A stretch of DNA of 64,000 nucleotides, taken from the NCBI RefSeq assembly GCF_036321535.1, contig NC_087437.1:8680001-8744000 (forward strand). Reading direction: 5' to 3'. Position 1 is the first letter of the stretch, and the number at the start of each line of letters is the position of its first letter. Positions 52,920-64,000 of the stretch are shown one piece after another. This DNA comes from Camelus dromedarius. Its lineage: Eukaryota. The notes beneath the pieces are model-generated. The model ran no database searches. It was not told where the DNA came from and worked only from the letters and a program-made list of their open reading frames with translations. Position numbers and translations under genes: made by a program.

Positions 52920-54420
52920 AAGGATCCCCCTTCTTTTCTTATCTCTTCATTATTTCCTCTCTGCTAGATTCTTGTTTTCAGCACATAAATAACTAAACTT
53001 ACATCTGACCTACCCCCCCCCAAAAAAAAACTTGATTTCACCTTCCCTTCTGTGTTCCTATCTCTCATTCTCTCAAATTTAAAAAAATTTTTTTAAATTT
53101 ATATTTCAGTATTTCCTTCTCTCCTGCTTATGACAATTTGCAGCAGACTGCAAGTTTTCTTGATTTCGACCTGAAACTGATGTTGCTAAGGTAACCAATA
53201 ACCTAGCTATTGTTCAGTTGAAGTGAACAACGTTCGGTACTAATTGCCTCCTTTGTTGATTTCATCTTCCATTGACTTATGCAGTGGCAAGACAGAAAAC
53301 AAAGCATTTTCCTTGAGTTCCATCCTCCCTTCGTCACCAGGGAGGAAGGTGGGACACTCTGGGAAGGAAGTAAGACAGATGACCTTGTCTAATCTTGTAA
53401 CCAGGATAAGCAGACTGCTAGGCAAGTAAACTAATGATACTTGCTAGAAGGAGAGACTTTATTTATACAGTGTGTTTAACATGATGTTCCTGGTTTGCAA
53501 TTGCTATGGGTCAAGGGTTTAAAATCTAGATGCATGGCTCACTGGACTATATCACATAAGCTAGTTGGCCATTTGAGATATAAAATGGAAATGTGTTATA
53601 ATCTAAGCTCTCCTCACTGTAACCTTCATAAATCATGAGCCTTTATCTGCTTTGGACTGGAGAGTTCCCGTCCATTGTTGGAAGGACACAACCAGGGAGC
53701 CACCTCAATATCCCCGGCCTCTCCCTGCTTTCCCTGTGCCTCTAGTTTGATTGTACCCTTCAAATTATTTGAAAAGTCTGATCGTGGGGGAAAAAAATCA
53801 CTAATTTGTATCAATCAGACTTAATAATCCAATCTTACGTGTTAGCTCATGCATTTGTGTGTTTACAAGTTTCCCTCCCAAATCATTACTGGCTGTTTCT
53901 GTTTTCCTCATAAATGTCTGCTTTACCCAGAGCTTTCTTTCCCCATCATTTAATATACAATTAATGAGCAACCACAGACCCCAAATGACATCAAAATGCC
54001 ACTGAACATACGGACTCCCTCTGATTTTCCCCAACCTAATGAATGGCCCCACCATCCACCCAAAGGCAGATGAAACCAGATTATTCCTTCTCCGTCACTT
54101 TTCACATTCATGAAGGCACATCATCAAGGAAATCAAACTTTCATATCTCTGTCGATACCATTCCCAATGCCACCAGGTTAACTCAGATTTGGTTACTTTT
54201 CTCATGCACCGATAGAATTGTCTTATACCTAACTAGTTTTCTCGCCTCTAGTTCGGTTTCTCTACCACCTGTCTCCTGCACTGCTGTTGGAGTCAGCTTA
54301 CTGAATGTCAGGCTAATCAGAGAACACCTCCGCGCAATGGTCTTCGGTGGTGATCCGTGGCCGTCAAGCTTTTGTTAATACAAAACCCTCCACGACGTTC
54401 CTGTTATCTCTCTCTTCTTA
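52920..54420 (+). mobile_element. Fragmented L2 (about 52920-53330 and 53850-54420)
   Basis: cctgaaactgatgttgctaaggtaaccaataacc; aatggccccaccatccaccca; ttatacctaactagttttctcgcctct. Confidence 0.55.
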
Positions 54421-54439
54421 TCTTCCAGAAGGAACTTGC

Positions 54440-55320
54440 ATTCTTATTGTCAGTCATTATGCTTGCTGTTCCGCAAATGGATCAAGCTATTTGCCATCTG
54501 TGGTTGTCTTGAATGGTTACAAAATGCCTTTTTATCCTCTATTGAGATAATTGTTTTATATTCTCTCTCTATACTTTATATACTCTGTTTTCTTATGTAT
54601 TATATTCTACTAGTAAATTTCCTAATATTAGAACAGACTTCTTTTTTGAAAAAAAAAGTCATGCTTGGTCAGGATGAATATTTTTTAAGTACTGTTTTAT
54701 TCTATTAATGTTTCCTTTTGAATTTTTTTTTTGCACTTGTGTTTATAAGGAAGATGGACATAGAGTTAGTTCTCTTTTATTTTGCTATTATTGCTGCATT
54801 TTGGTATCAAAATAATGCCATCCCATTTTACATGAATTGATTTTTTAATCTTTAAAAATATGCTGACACACTTTATATTACATTCAAATTGGTTTTTCCT
54901 TGAAAATGCAGAAGAACTCAGCATAAAATGGCCTGATTACCAAAGGTTTATTTGGAGATAATTATTTTATAACTTTTTCAATTTCTACATATATCACTAA
55001 TAATTTTTAAGAGTACTCCTTCTTTTAGAATAATTTTAGAATGATATATTTTCCAAGGAAATTATCTACTTCATGGAGATTTTTTATAGCTTTGAGAATA
55101 ATATTTTCTTGGTCATTTTTAATTTCTTCTGTATTGTTACATTTCTTTTGTGAATTCTTTTTCCTTGATGAATTTTAACAGAGGTATGTCCAACCCTTTA
55201 TTCCATTAAAGGTCAGCCTTTGAACCTACTTAACAAGGCCAATATTTTGTTCAGTTTTTAATAATTCTATCTTCACATTTATTATTTTATCCCATCTTTC
55301 TTTAAGGACTGTTTATTTGC
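54440..55320 (-). mobile_element. Old L1 ORF2 middle fragment
   Basis: aaatgccttttatcctctattgagataat; ttttggtatcaaaataatgc; gaagaactcagcataaaat. Confidence 0.7.
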
Positions 55321-55329
55321 TAATTGAGA

Positions 55330-56010
55330 TTTTAAGGTAATCAACAAAAATAGAAACAGTGGAAAGAAAACAGAATAACAAAAAATAAAAACAAAATACT
55401 TAAAAATGATAACTATGATAATATATGTGTATATTATATATAATAAGATATATGCACTCATATATTCATATAAAGCAACATAAATAAATCACTAGTTAAA
55501 AGATAAATGTGGTTGGAATGCACATAATAAAGTTCACAGAAAAATAGAAAAAAAAAGATGGACTAAAATGAGGCAAATGTTAACCAGAAGGAAGCTGGTT
55601 TAAGTATATAATTATCAGACAAAATGGACTTTAAGTTAAAATAATTATTGGAGATGAAGAAAGTAATTACGTATTGATAAGCACTTCAATTTACCAAGAA
55701 AAGTATAATAATTTAATTTATATATATTTGATTATATATATTTATATATACATAAATTCAGGGTGGAAGACTGCCACATACCTTCCTAAATCAACGGATC
55801 AAGCAGATAAAATGTCAGTAAAATAAGGATATAGAACATGTGAACAGCACAATTAACAATCTTAATGTAACATATATGCACAGATTACTAAAGGCACGAA
55901 ATGGAGAATACTCATTTCTTTGAAGCGCACACTTGAAATATGTATGAAAATTGACTATAAATTATGTGAAAGCAAGCTTTCACTTAATTTCAAAGAAACA
56001 AGTTTTATCT
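55330..56010 (+). mobile_element. Old L1 ORF2 endonuclease-region fragment
   Basis: gcaaatgttaaccagaaggaagctggtttaagtatataattatcagacaaaatggactttaag, resembling ANxNQKKAGVAILISDKIDFK. Confidence 0.75.
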
Positions 56011-57939
56011 CAAAACTATCTCTTCTCTAAAAGGTGTGTGCCCTTCATTTCTCAGGAATCTGCCTGCACTCACGAGCTTGAGCGAACTGTCCTCATCACC
56101 ACTAGAGATCGTTGCTCTTTGAATAAAGTGTAACCTGTCACTGAGGTGCCCTGCATTGGCCCCACCATGCATGGTTGAAGTTGGACAGAGCCATTCAGTG
56201 CAGGCTCGCAGAACCGGAGACTGAGTCTCCTGATTTTAGTTCCCTGACCTAAGCTTGTACTTATAAGTCATCACTGATGTGGCAGAAGCATCTTACAGAA
56301 GTTAGGTCAGGAGAGTTTAAAATTGCTGCTCGGTTTGGAGTCATAGTACAAGTCTCCTTCCACAAAGTGATGATGAAATGCTCATTGGACCAAAATGATC
56401 AAAGCAATGTCAGTTGGCTTCGTATCCCAGTTGGATGGGATTCCAGCTCTCCATCCCTTCCTTTATTATAAAGCCAGGTTCTCAAACACTAGCCTGCCAC
56501 ATTACCTAAGTTATGCAGTAGAGCCCATTTCATAGCTAAGTCACCCCAGGTGAGCACTTTTATTCCAGCCTACCCTTCCAGCCATCTGACCTCTGCTTAT
56601 CGCTTGAGTCCATCTCAGCAAAGTGGCAGAGTCTTGAATTTCTGACTCTGTAGGGCAAGTTTCAGTGAAACTGCAATTTCTCTAAACCATTCAAGCCTAA
56701 ATCTGGCATACAGTGGGGAGACAAAGGTCACAACATTTTTTTTTAAAGGAAATAAAATATTCAATTACAATACAGGAAGGCTGCAAAATGCCACTGGATT
56801 CAGTCTTTTTGTTACAAAGGGCATTATAACTTCTATGGCATTTCCACTAAGGGCTTTTCTACCCTACAATAGGACGCTCACAATGGGGACGACTTTGTGA
56901 GTTGCCTCGTAATGCACATCATGAGAGTTTATTGAGGTAGTGCTGAATGTTCGTCATTCCATGCCTTCTTCCAGAGAAGTATACATGATATTTGCATAAA
57001 ATTTAAAACCACACCCCACAGAGAGTACATAAGAACAACTAGAATTACTGAATCAGTTAAGCATTTGGAACACTCTTTAAGGAATTCTGACACCATCTCA
57101 AACCAACATGGATGAAACCCCTGTTCTGTGCTGTATTGGGCATTTGTTAGGATGAAAAAGCTGGAGTCCTTGTGCCAGGAAAGCCACAGAAACAGATCAT
57201 GAAAAATGGGCTAGAATAAGGTATCCATTCTGGGATAGAAGTGTGCCTAAGTTACACTGAGAACATATATGTGAAAAATGATTCTTCCTTGGAAGAGGGA
57301 TGGGGGAGTGATACTTGAATTAGACGTGTAAGATGAGGAAGATAAAGAAATAGGAATGTTAGTATAAAGTTGTGTGCCTTTAAAAAAATTAACTGTGATG
57401 TGAACACATTGTGACGGGTCCTACATACGCTCATTCCTTGTGTGAATATTTGGGTTCAGACAGCACATTTGCCTTTCAAAAGGCTTCCACGTGGACCCCT
57501 CATGTGCAACTCTGGGCAGGTGGCCGTGTGGTAGCATCATTAATATTTTACAGACGGAGAAACTGGGGCACAGGAGGAGTTTGTGATTTCTCACGAGGCT
57601 CTTAGTAAAGAAGCAAAAGAACTGGGACTTGAAGCAATGCCTGTTTGGCTATCTTGAAGTTGGATGCTTTGTTTCAGACCCCAACCATTTTACATAATTT
57701 GTATTTTCCCCCAGGAACCATGAGATACAATTAACAACAATTGCTCCTGATCCCATTCATGTGCTACAAAAAAAAAGTGGAAAAGCAGTGGTGGCTCTGT
57801 AGTCACAAAGTGTGCTTTGTAATTACTGAGAGTATCAGAAGGGAAAGTAATTTGATGGCATAAACACAAAACAACCCATGTTAGGTTGTTCATTTTTCTC
57901 GATGTAATACTAGACATAATAATAGTCTTCCTGCCCTCT

Positions 57940-58540
57940 GTGTGTGTGTCTATTGAATTAAAATAAATACAGAGAAACATGCACAGATATGTGTTCAGCT
58001 CCGTGAATTTTCACTGAGTGCACCTGTGGGATAAAAAGCAGACAAGAGTAACAAAACGTGACCTTAGTTCCGGATATGCAGATACGCACTATGATATATA
58101 AAATAGATGATGAGCAAGGTCCCACTGTATGGCACAGGGAACCATATTCAATACTTTATAATAGCCTATAATGAAAAAGAGTATGAAAATCACTGTGCTG
58201 TACACCAGAAATTAACACAACATTGGAAATCAACCATACTTCAATAATAAAAAAAGAAATCATCCTGTGTTCTCCCCTCTAGTCACCAAGTCACCACTGT
58301 TATTCTGACTTCTGACCTCGTAGATTAGTTTGCGGGTTAAATGGAATCGTTCGCCGTCCTCCTTCGTACCCGGTTTCTTTTGCTCAACATAGTGATTGTG
58401 AGATTTATCCACGTTGTTGCCTATGGTTGTGGTTTGCTGATTCTCGTTGCTCCGTCATATACCAGCGACATTTCTCTTCGTGCTGTGATGAGTGTTTGTT
58501 TTAGGCTATGAACAACAGCACTGTGGACACTACCCTGCAA
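57940..58540. mobile_element. Old L1M 3' fragment (minus) interrupted by a younger L1 3' end (plus, about 58050-58258)
   Basis: Younger: ggcacagggaaccatattcaatac...catacttcaataataaaaa; older: ttcttttgctcaacatagtgattgtgagatttatccac. Confidence 0.75.
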
Positions 58541-58769
58541 TTTTTGTTTTCGCCTAATTTAAAAATCTCACGGAAAGCGTTTTATGAGGTAAGTTAAAAA
58601 AAAAAGTAAGTCAACTTCATGATAATGTTTACCAGTAGTTCAAAAACAGGAATAGGAAGGGAAATGATTTTTAAAAAGTGGAAAGGAGAGAGAAAGGAGT
58701 AAAAAGGGGGCAGTGTTCTCCCTGAATTATGATTATTATGATAACTGTGATAGTAATTTTGATGGTCAT

Positions 58770-59230
58770 GATAATAACAAATACTGAGCATTTGCTGGGT
58801 AGCAGGCACTCTACTAAATGTTTCGTATCTGTTATCTCATTTAGTCCTTAAAACAGTTTTATGGGGGGAGGGTATAGCTCAGTGGTAGAGCACTTGCTTA
58901 GCATGCACGAAGTCCTGGTTTCAAAACCGAGTACCTCCATCAAAAAAAAAATTAAAACAGTTTTATGCAAATTTAAAAATAATTATTCATATTTTAGAGA
59001 GAAAACTGAGGCTCACACATATCAAACTACTTGCTTAAATCACACAGCTAGAAAGGGGTGGAGCCAGGATTTGAGATCTGCGGTCTGTCTCCAGACTCAG
59101 TAGTCATAACTACTGTACTCTCGCATTTCTTCTTAACACGTAGGGGAACTGGATTCCTATTTTACAGCTGAAGAAACTGGCTCAGGGAGAAACAAGCTCA
59201 CATAGATAGGAAGTGGGAGAGCCAGGAAAC
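58770..59230 (-). mobile_element. MIR SINE(s), interrupted by a camelid SINE
   Basis: actgagcatttgctgggtagcaggcact; gagaaaactgaggctca; ggagccaggatttgagatctg. Confidence 0.75.
58864..58951 (+). mobile_element. Camelid tRNA-derived SINE (Vic-1-like, short form)
   Basis: ggggagggtatagctcagtggtagagcacttgcttagcatgcacgaagtcctggtttcaa...; perfect 16-bp TSD ttaaaacagttttatg at 58848-58863 and 58952-58967. Confidence 0.93.
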
Positions 59231-60162
59231 AAAAAGACTGACCTAGATGTTTTGAAAATACTAAAACAGAAGAAGGGACAGGAAAAGAAGAAAGCGAATA
59301 GGAAAAAAAAAAAATCACTAAGCATATTTATCAGTTAGTGTTCAACTGCAAAAAGAAAAGTCACTCTAAGTATTTACAAATGGCAGAATCGAAGACAGGG
59401 AATGAGTTACACAGGTGGCGGTCGAGCCAAGCTGCACAGGGGGTGGTGCGGTAAACCAGAGATTAGCACGAGGAAGAAACCAACACCACTTGTGGGCTGG
59501 GAGGCCAAAGCGGGTGAGTGGTACTGGACGGCAGGCTTCTGGGCGACCCAGTGTTACCGCAGGGGCCCAACCGATGCAACAGGCTGGAGACGATAGACAT
59601 AAAATTAGACGTACTCGACCGGGAAGACCCCAGCGTTACCAGAGATGCCGCCAAGGCTGAGGGGTGTATCTGAGTTTATAGGAGACTCAGCTGTGAGAAT
59701 AGAATTTAAATAACTTACCCTGATAGCACAGTGCAAGAAAAAATAGTGAATGCCAGCCCAGAAGTTCTGATTCACTAAATCTTGGATGGGACCTCAGATT
59801 CTGCATGTCCCATGAGCTTCAGGGGTTGCTGATAATAGCTGGCCCGCGGGAGGCACCTGGAGCAGTAGTGTAGACACTTACTTGCTGAGTGAGTCGTTCA
59901 GCTGTCCCACCGCAGGGTCTCCTGAGCACCTGTGATTGTAACCAGTATATGTAACGTCACCCACCCTCACCCCAGCGCACCCCTCCGCATGCACTCACGA
60001 GGGTGGGCAAATGGCAGAAGCTCATTTATTAATTCAGTGACAGATCAACATCTCTGCCAGTCAATATTTTGATAATATTTACTTGAAAATAGAAATAAAA
60101 GTCAATCAGTCATTATTGCAAAGTCTTTTTATGAGTGTCAAGTAGTTAGAAACAGTACCTTT

Positions 60163-60211
60163 TTCCTTCTCATCTCTTCTCTTCTCCTTCCTTTCTTTCT
60201 TTCTCTTTCCT

Positions 60212-60308
<97 letters not shown>

Positions 60309-60493
60309 TTTCTTTCCTTCCTTCCTTCCTTCCTTCCTTTCTTTTTATTGACGTATAGTTGATTTACAATGCTGTATTAGTTCCTTGTGTACAGAATAGT
60401 GATTCAGTTTTACATATATATTATCTTTCATTATAGATTATTATAAGATGTTGAATATAATTCCCTGTGCTGTACAATAGGACCTAGTTTATC

Positions 60494-60525
<32 letters not shown>

Positions 60526-60615
60526 TTTGTATCTGCTAAAACCAAACTCCTGACTTGTCCCTCCCCCCGCCTTCCCCTTTGGGAACCGTAAGTTTGTTTT
60601 CTGTGTCTGTGAGTC
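60163..60615 (-). mobile_element. Short L1 3' UTR whose tail expanded into (TTTC)n/(TTCC)n (60163-60345)
   Basis: ttttattgacgtatagttgatttacaatg...ctgtgagtc; TSD-like agaaacagtaccttt (60148) / agacacagcaccttt (60616). Confidence 0.88.
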
Positions 60616-62148
60616 AGACACAGCACCTTTCTTTTTCAGATTATGATGGTGTGGGCACTGAGACGTGATTATTTTAACACTGGCCTAATTTCTTAATTTA
60701 GGATTTGACTCATGGTTAGGCAAGTGTTGATTTTCAGAGTTAGTGTCACGCTTCCCTGAGATGCACCCGTGGCACATTCACTAACCTTCACTGGGGGTGG
60801 GAAAACCCACTTGGTGGTTTTAACTGCTTGCCTGTTCACAGTTGTCTCATTGTTTCCTCTCTTGTACACAGTCAGGGCTTCACTCAGGGAGAAGCACCTG
60901 CTGCCCTATTCTAACAGCCACTCAGATGTATATTCTTTATAACTTTAGTAAATCTTAATATACACAGACAACTTCTTTCCTCTGAGTCTTCACTTCCTTG
61001 GTCTCTCCATCACAGCAAATGACTCTAAGCCTCAATTCCTTTGGTGGTGGCTCACCCTTTGTAAGCCCTGATTGAATTCTTTTCATTTGGTCAAGCCTTT
61101 TTAAAAGACATGAATCCATTTTGTATCTGCCACTCTAGAGTCACATTTCCTTCACAAATGGGGTATTACTCAGCTCCTTAATCCTGTGTTTCTCTCTAGA
61201 ACTAACATCCATTTGCTTCCTGTTCTGTTTTTTTCCCAGCCAGATTTCCAGTTTATTTTTCGGTTGTGCTTGAGAGCACAGGCATTGAAATATTTTTGCG
61301 ACACATGCGTCATGCTGGAACTCTTAGAGATTAAGGTGGAATGATTTATTCTCAAGTTCAAGTTGTTATAGACAATGAACATTTAAAAGAGTGTAACCTC
61401 ATTTTTACTGAAATGTTAAATGCCAGGTTCCCCCTCCTTGGGTTTTTTTTTTTTTTTTTTTTTTTTTTTGCCATGAAATTTCAGGCAAATAGAAGAATGT
61501 GGGGACTACAGCAATAATTAGTTACCTCTTTCCAAAGGAATGTGCAAAACAGATGATTCAGCAGGAAAATAGGATGTAAAGGACAGTACTGATGTAAATG
61601 ATTTTGGTCTCCTTCGGGTCATTAAGAGCCCTAGTTCCCACACAAATACATGTGTAAGTTCTAGGAAGGAGACGATGCTCAGAAATGACCAATTTTCTTT
61701 GTCTTTAGACCAGGAGGTACCTAAGCCAATACACAGATGTGATCATTCTTCCTCAATTAAAGTTTGCTGGAAGAAAAGAGCTTGCTACCTTCTTTGCAAC
61801 CCTCAATCCAATATGGTCTGTAATGACCTTTTTAAAAATTTTTTTTAAAAAATTATTTATTTATATTTAATTTTATTTTTTGTAATGACCTTTAAACACC
61901 CAAGTCCCCATCTCCTGACTAAAAAGCATCTATATCCCTGTTTCATATCACATCACAAAGAAACTTGTTCTTGTGATATGTACCATCCTTGTGAGAGAGC
62001 GTAGTACATGATTTTGTATTTTTTAATTCATTTTAATCTACAGGTAGGAGTCTAGTTTTTAAATGTTATTGGAATTCACATTTTAAAAAGAAAAACACTT
62101 AAAATCTTCATAACAATAAACTTTTGACCTGTGTCCTCCATGTAGTTT

Positions 62149-63105
62149 TTTTTAACATTTTTTATTGATTTATAATCATTTTACAATGTTGATGGACATT
62201 TAGGTTGTTCCTATGTATTGGCTATTGTAAATAGTGCTGCAATGAACATTGGGGTGCAGGTGTCATTTTGAAGTAGGGTCCCTTCTGGATATATGCCCAG
62301 GAGCGGGATTCCTGGGTCATATGGTAAGTCTATCCCTAGTCTTTTGAGGAATCTCCACACTTTTCCATAGTGGCTGCACCAAACTGCATTCCCACCAGCA
62401 GTGTAGGAGGGTTCCCCTTTCTCCACACCCTCTCCAGCATTTGTCATTTGTGGGCGTTTGAATGATGGCCATTCTGACTGGTGTGAGGTGATACCTCATT
62501 GTAGTTTTGATTTGCATTTCTCTGATAATTAGCGATATTGAGCATTTTTTCATGTGCTTATTGATCATTTGTATGTCTTCCTTGGAGAATTGCTTGTTTA
62601 GGTCTTCTGCCCATTTTTGGATTGGGTTGTTTGGTTGTTTCTTATTAAGTCATATGAGCTGCTTGTATATTCTGGAGATCAAGCCTTTGGCGGTTTCATT
62701 TGCAAAAATTTTCTCCCATTCCGTAGGTTGTCTTTTTGTTTTCCTTCTGGTTTCCTTTGCTGTGCAGAAGCTTGTAAGTTTCATTAGGTCCCATTTGTTT
62801 ATTCTTGCTTTTATTTCTTCTAGGAGAAAATTTTTGAGATGTATGTCAGATAATGTTTTGCCTATATTTTCCTCTAGGAGGTTTATTGTATCTTGTCTTA
62901 TGTTTAAGTGTTTGATCCATTTTGAGTTGACTTTTGTGTGTGGTGTGAGGGAGTGTTCTAGCTTCATTGATTCACATGCTGCTGTCCAGTTTTCCCAACA
63001 CCATTTGCTGAAGAGACTGTCTTTATTCCATTGTATATTCTTGCCTCCTTTGTCGAAGATGAGTTGACCAAAAGTTTGTGGGTTCATTTCTGGGCTCTCT
63101 ATTCT
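62149..63105 (-). mobile_element. Young 5'-truncated L1 (ORF2 C-terminal part) with most of the 3' UTR deleted
   Basis: ORFs 62650-63111 ([27 protein letters not shown]) and 62317-62568 ([18 protein letters not shown] zinc knuckle); TSD ctcca(t/a)gtagttt at 62136-62148 and 63106-63118. Confidence 0.95.
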
Positions 63106-64000
63106 CTCCAAGTAGTTTGATCAAAGAACTTATAGGTGTTTTCATGCATAGTCTGGAATATGAAGATTGGAAAGCCCATGGCCTCACTTGTGTGTATTGC
63201 GTGTAAATCTGGTTTTGTTTTGTTGTTTTGTGTTCTTTGGGCTCTTTGGTCCATTTTGTTTTGAAGATCAGACAGTGATCACTCTGAAAGTTTAAAGCTA
63301 AGGATTTGTACCTATGATATTTACTGTAAGTCATAGAGCATTCAGTAACTATCAAAAAAAAGTCTCCAAAAAAGCCCCCAAACTTCCTTTTCCTATTCTC
63401 TTGCCTCTGCAAGAATTTTCTGTGCATGTGCAAGGCTCGTGCTGGTCACACATATGCACTTTGTAGGCTGATGTTGAGAATGACACTGCCTCTTCCCTCC
63501 CATAACACGGATAAACTTTAAGGGAAAATGTACTGAGAATGGGATTTCAAAATTGGACATGACATAGGTAAACAGGGTGGGATGTGGAGATGATCCAAGC
63601 AGTAGCAAGAGTGCACAGTTTTAGAGCAGGTGTCTTTAAAGGCTGGGTCCCTTCCTTCAAGGAACCAGAGAGACAATGTCCATAGCTCAGTGTGAGCTCT
63701 TTCTGAAGTTTTCAACTGGATGGAGAGATTTAATTGTTTAACTTGGGTATCACTCTAGAAAGGCACAGTTTCAGAGGTGGGAAGTAAATCGGGGTGGCAT
63801 CTGTCCTGTGGGCCATCAGTATGCTGCTCACTTCATCAAGGTCCATCCTCACTGTTGGGTAGGGGAAGCAGTGGGTACAATTCCAGGGTTGAAAACCATT
63901 TGAGAATTTTGAGGACCAGAAGTGGGCTAAGCCCCAAACTTGGCTGAGTGGCTCAAGCCTTGCTGTGAATTGCATTCTTTTTCCTTTCTCCCCACTCTGG

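Noticed and set aside
58864..58940. tRNA-like sequence with A and B boxes
   Set aside because: It has an A-tail and a 16-bp TSD, so it is a SINE head rather than a tRNA gene; the same applies to 4436-4590.
62507..63067. Longest ORF in the window (186 aa, plus strand)
   Set aside because: It is the antisense frame of L1 ORF2, not a host gene.
1..64000. CRISPR array, operon or prokaryote-type system
   Set aside because: The sequence is mammalian; the recurring motifs are dispersed L1 3' ends and microsatellites, not repeat-spacer arrays.

Overview
Mammalian, repeat-rich non-coding DNA, most likely camelid (alpaca/llama/camel), judging from two tRNA-derived Vic-1-type SINEs and many cetartiodactyl-type L1 3' ends. 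I recognise no host protein-coding exon, RNA gene or CRISPR array. The only ORFs with a recognisable product are L1 ORF1/ORF2 remnants, plus a possible Tigger transposase relic. The window looks like a gene desert or a very large intron. It is built from old L2, MIR, ERVL/MaLR LTR and MER elements, with at least 14 younger L1 insertions, many with readable target-site duplications (TSDs). The most notable structures are: a probable L1 3' transduction (40089-40823); two internally deleted L1s that keep both ends and are nested in L2 (1592-3638 and 8411-12071); a microhomology-deleted young L1; ultra-short or tail-only retroinsertions; a twin-priming-like L1 inversion; a tract where old repeats have gained CpGs (58.0-60.0 kb); and a TE-poor, CpG-rich candidate regulatory island with a candidate non-coding exon (19.5-22.6 kb). 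I cannot support a new biological system from this sequence. Repeat family names come from recalled consensus motifs, not from a database search, and most boundaries are approximate.
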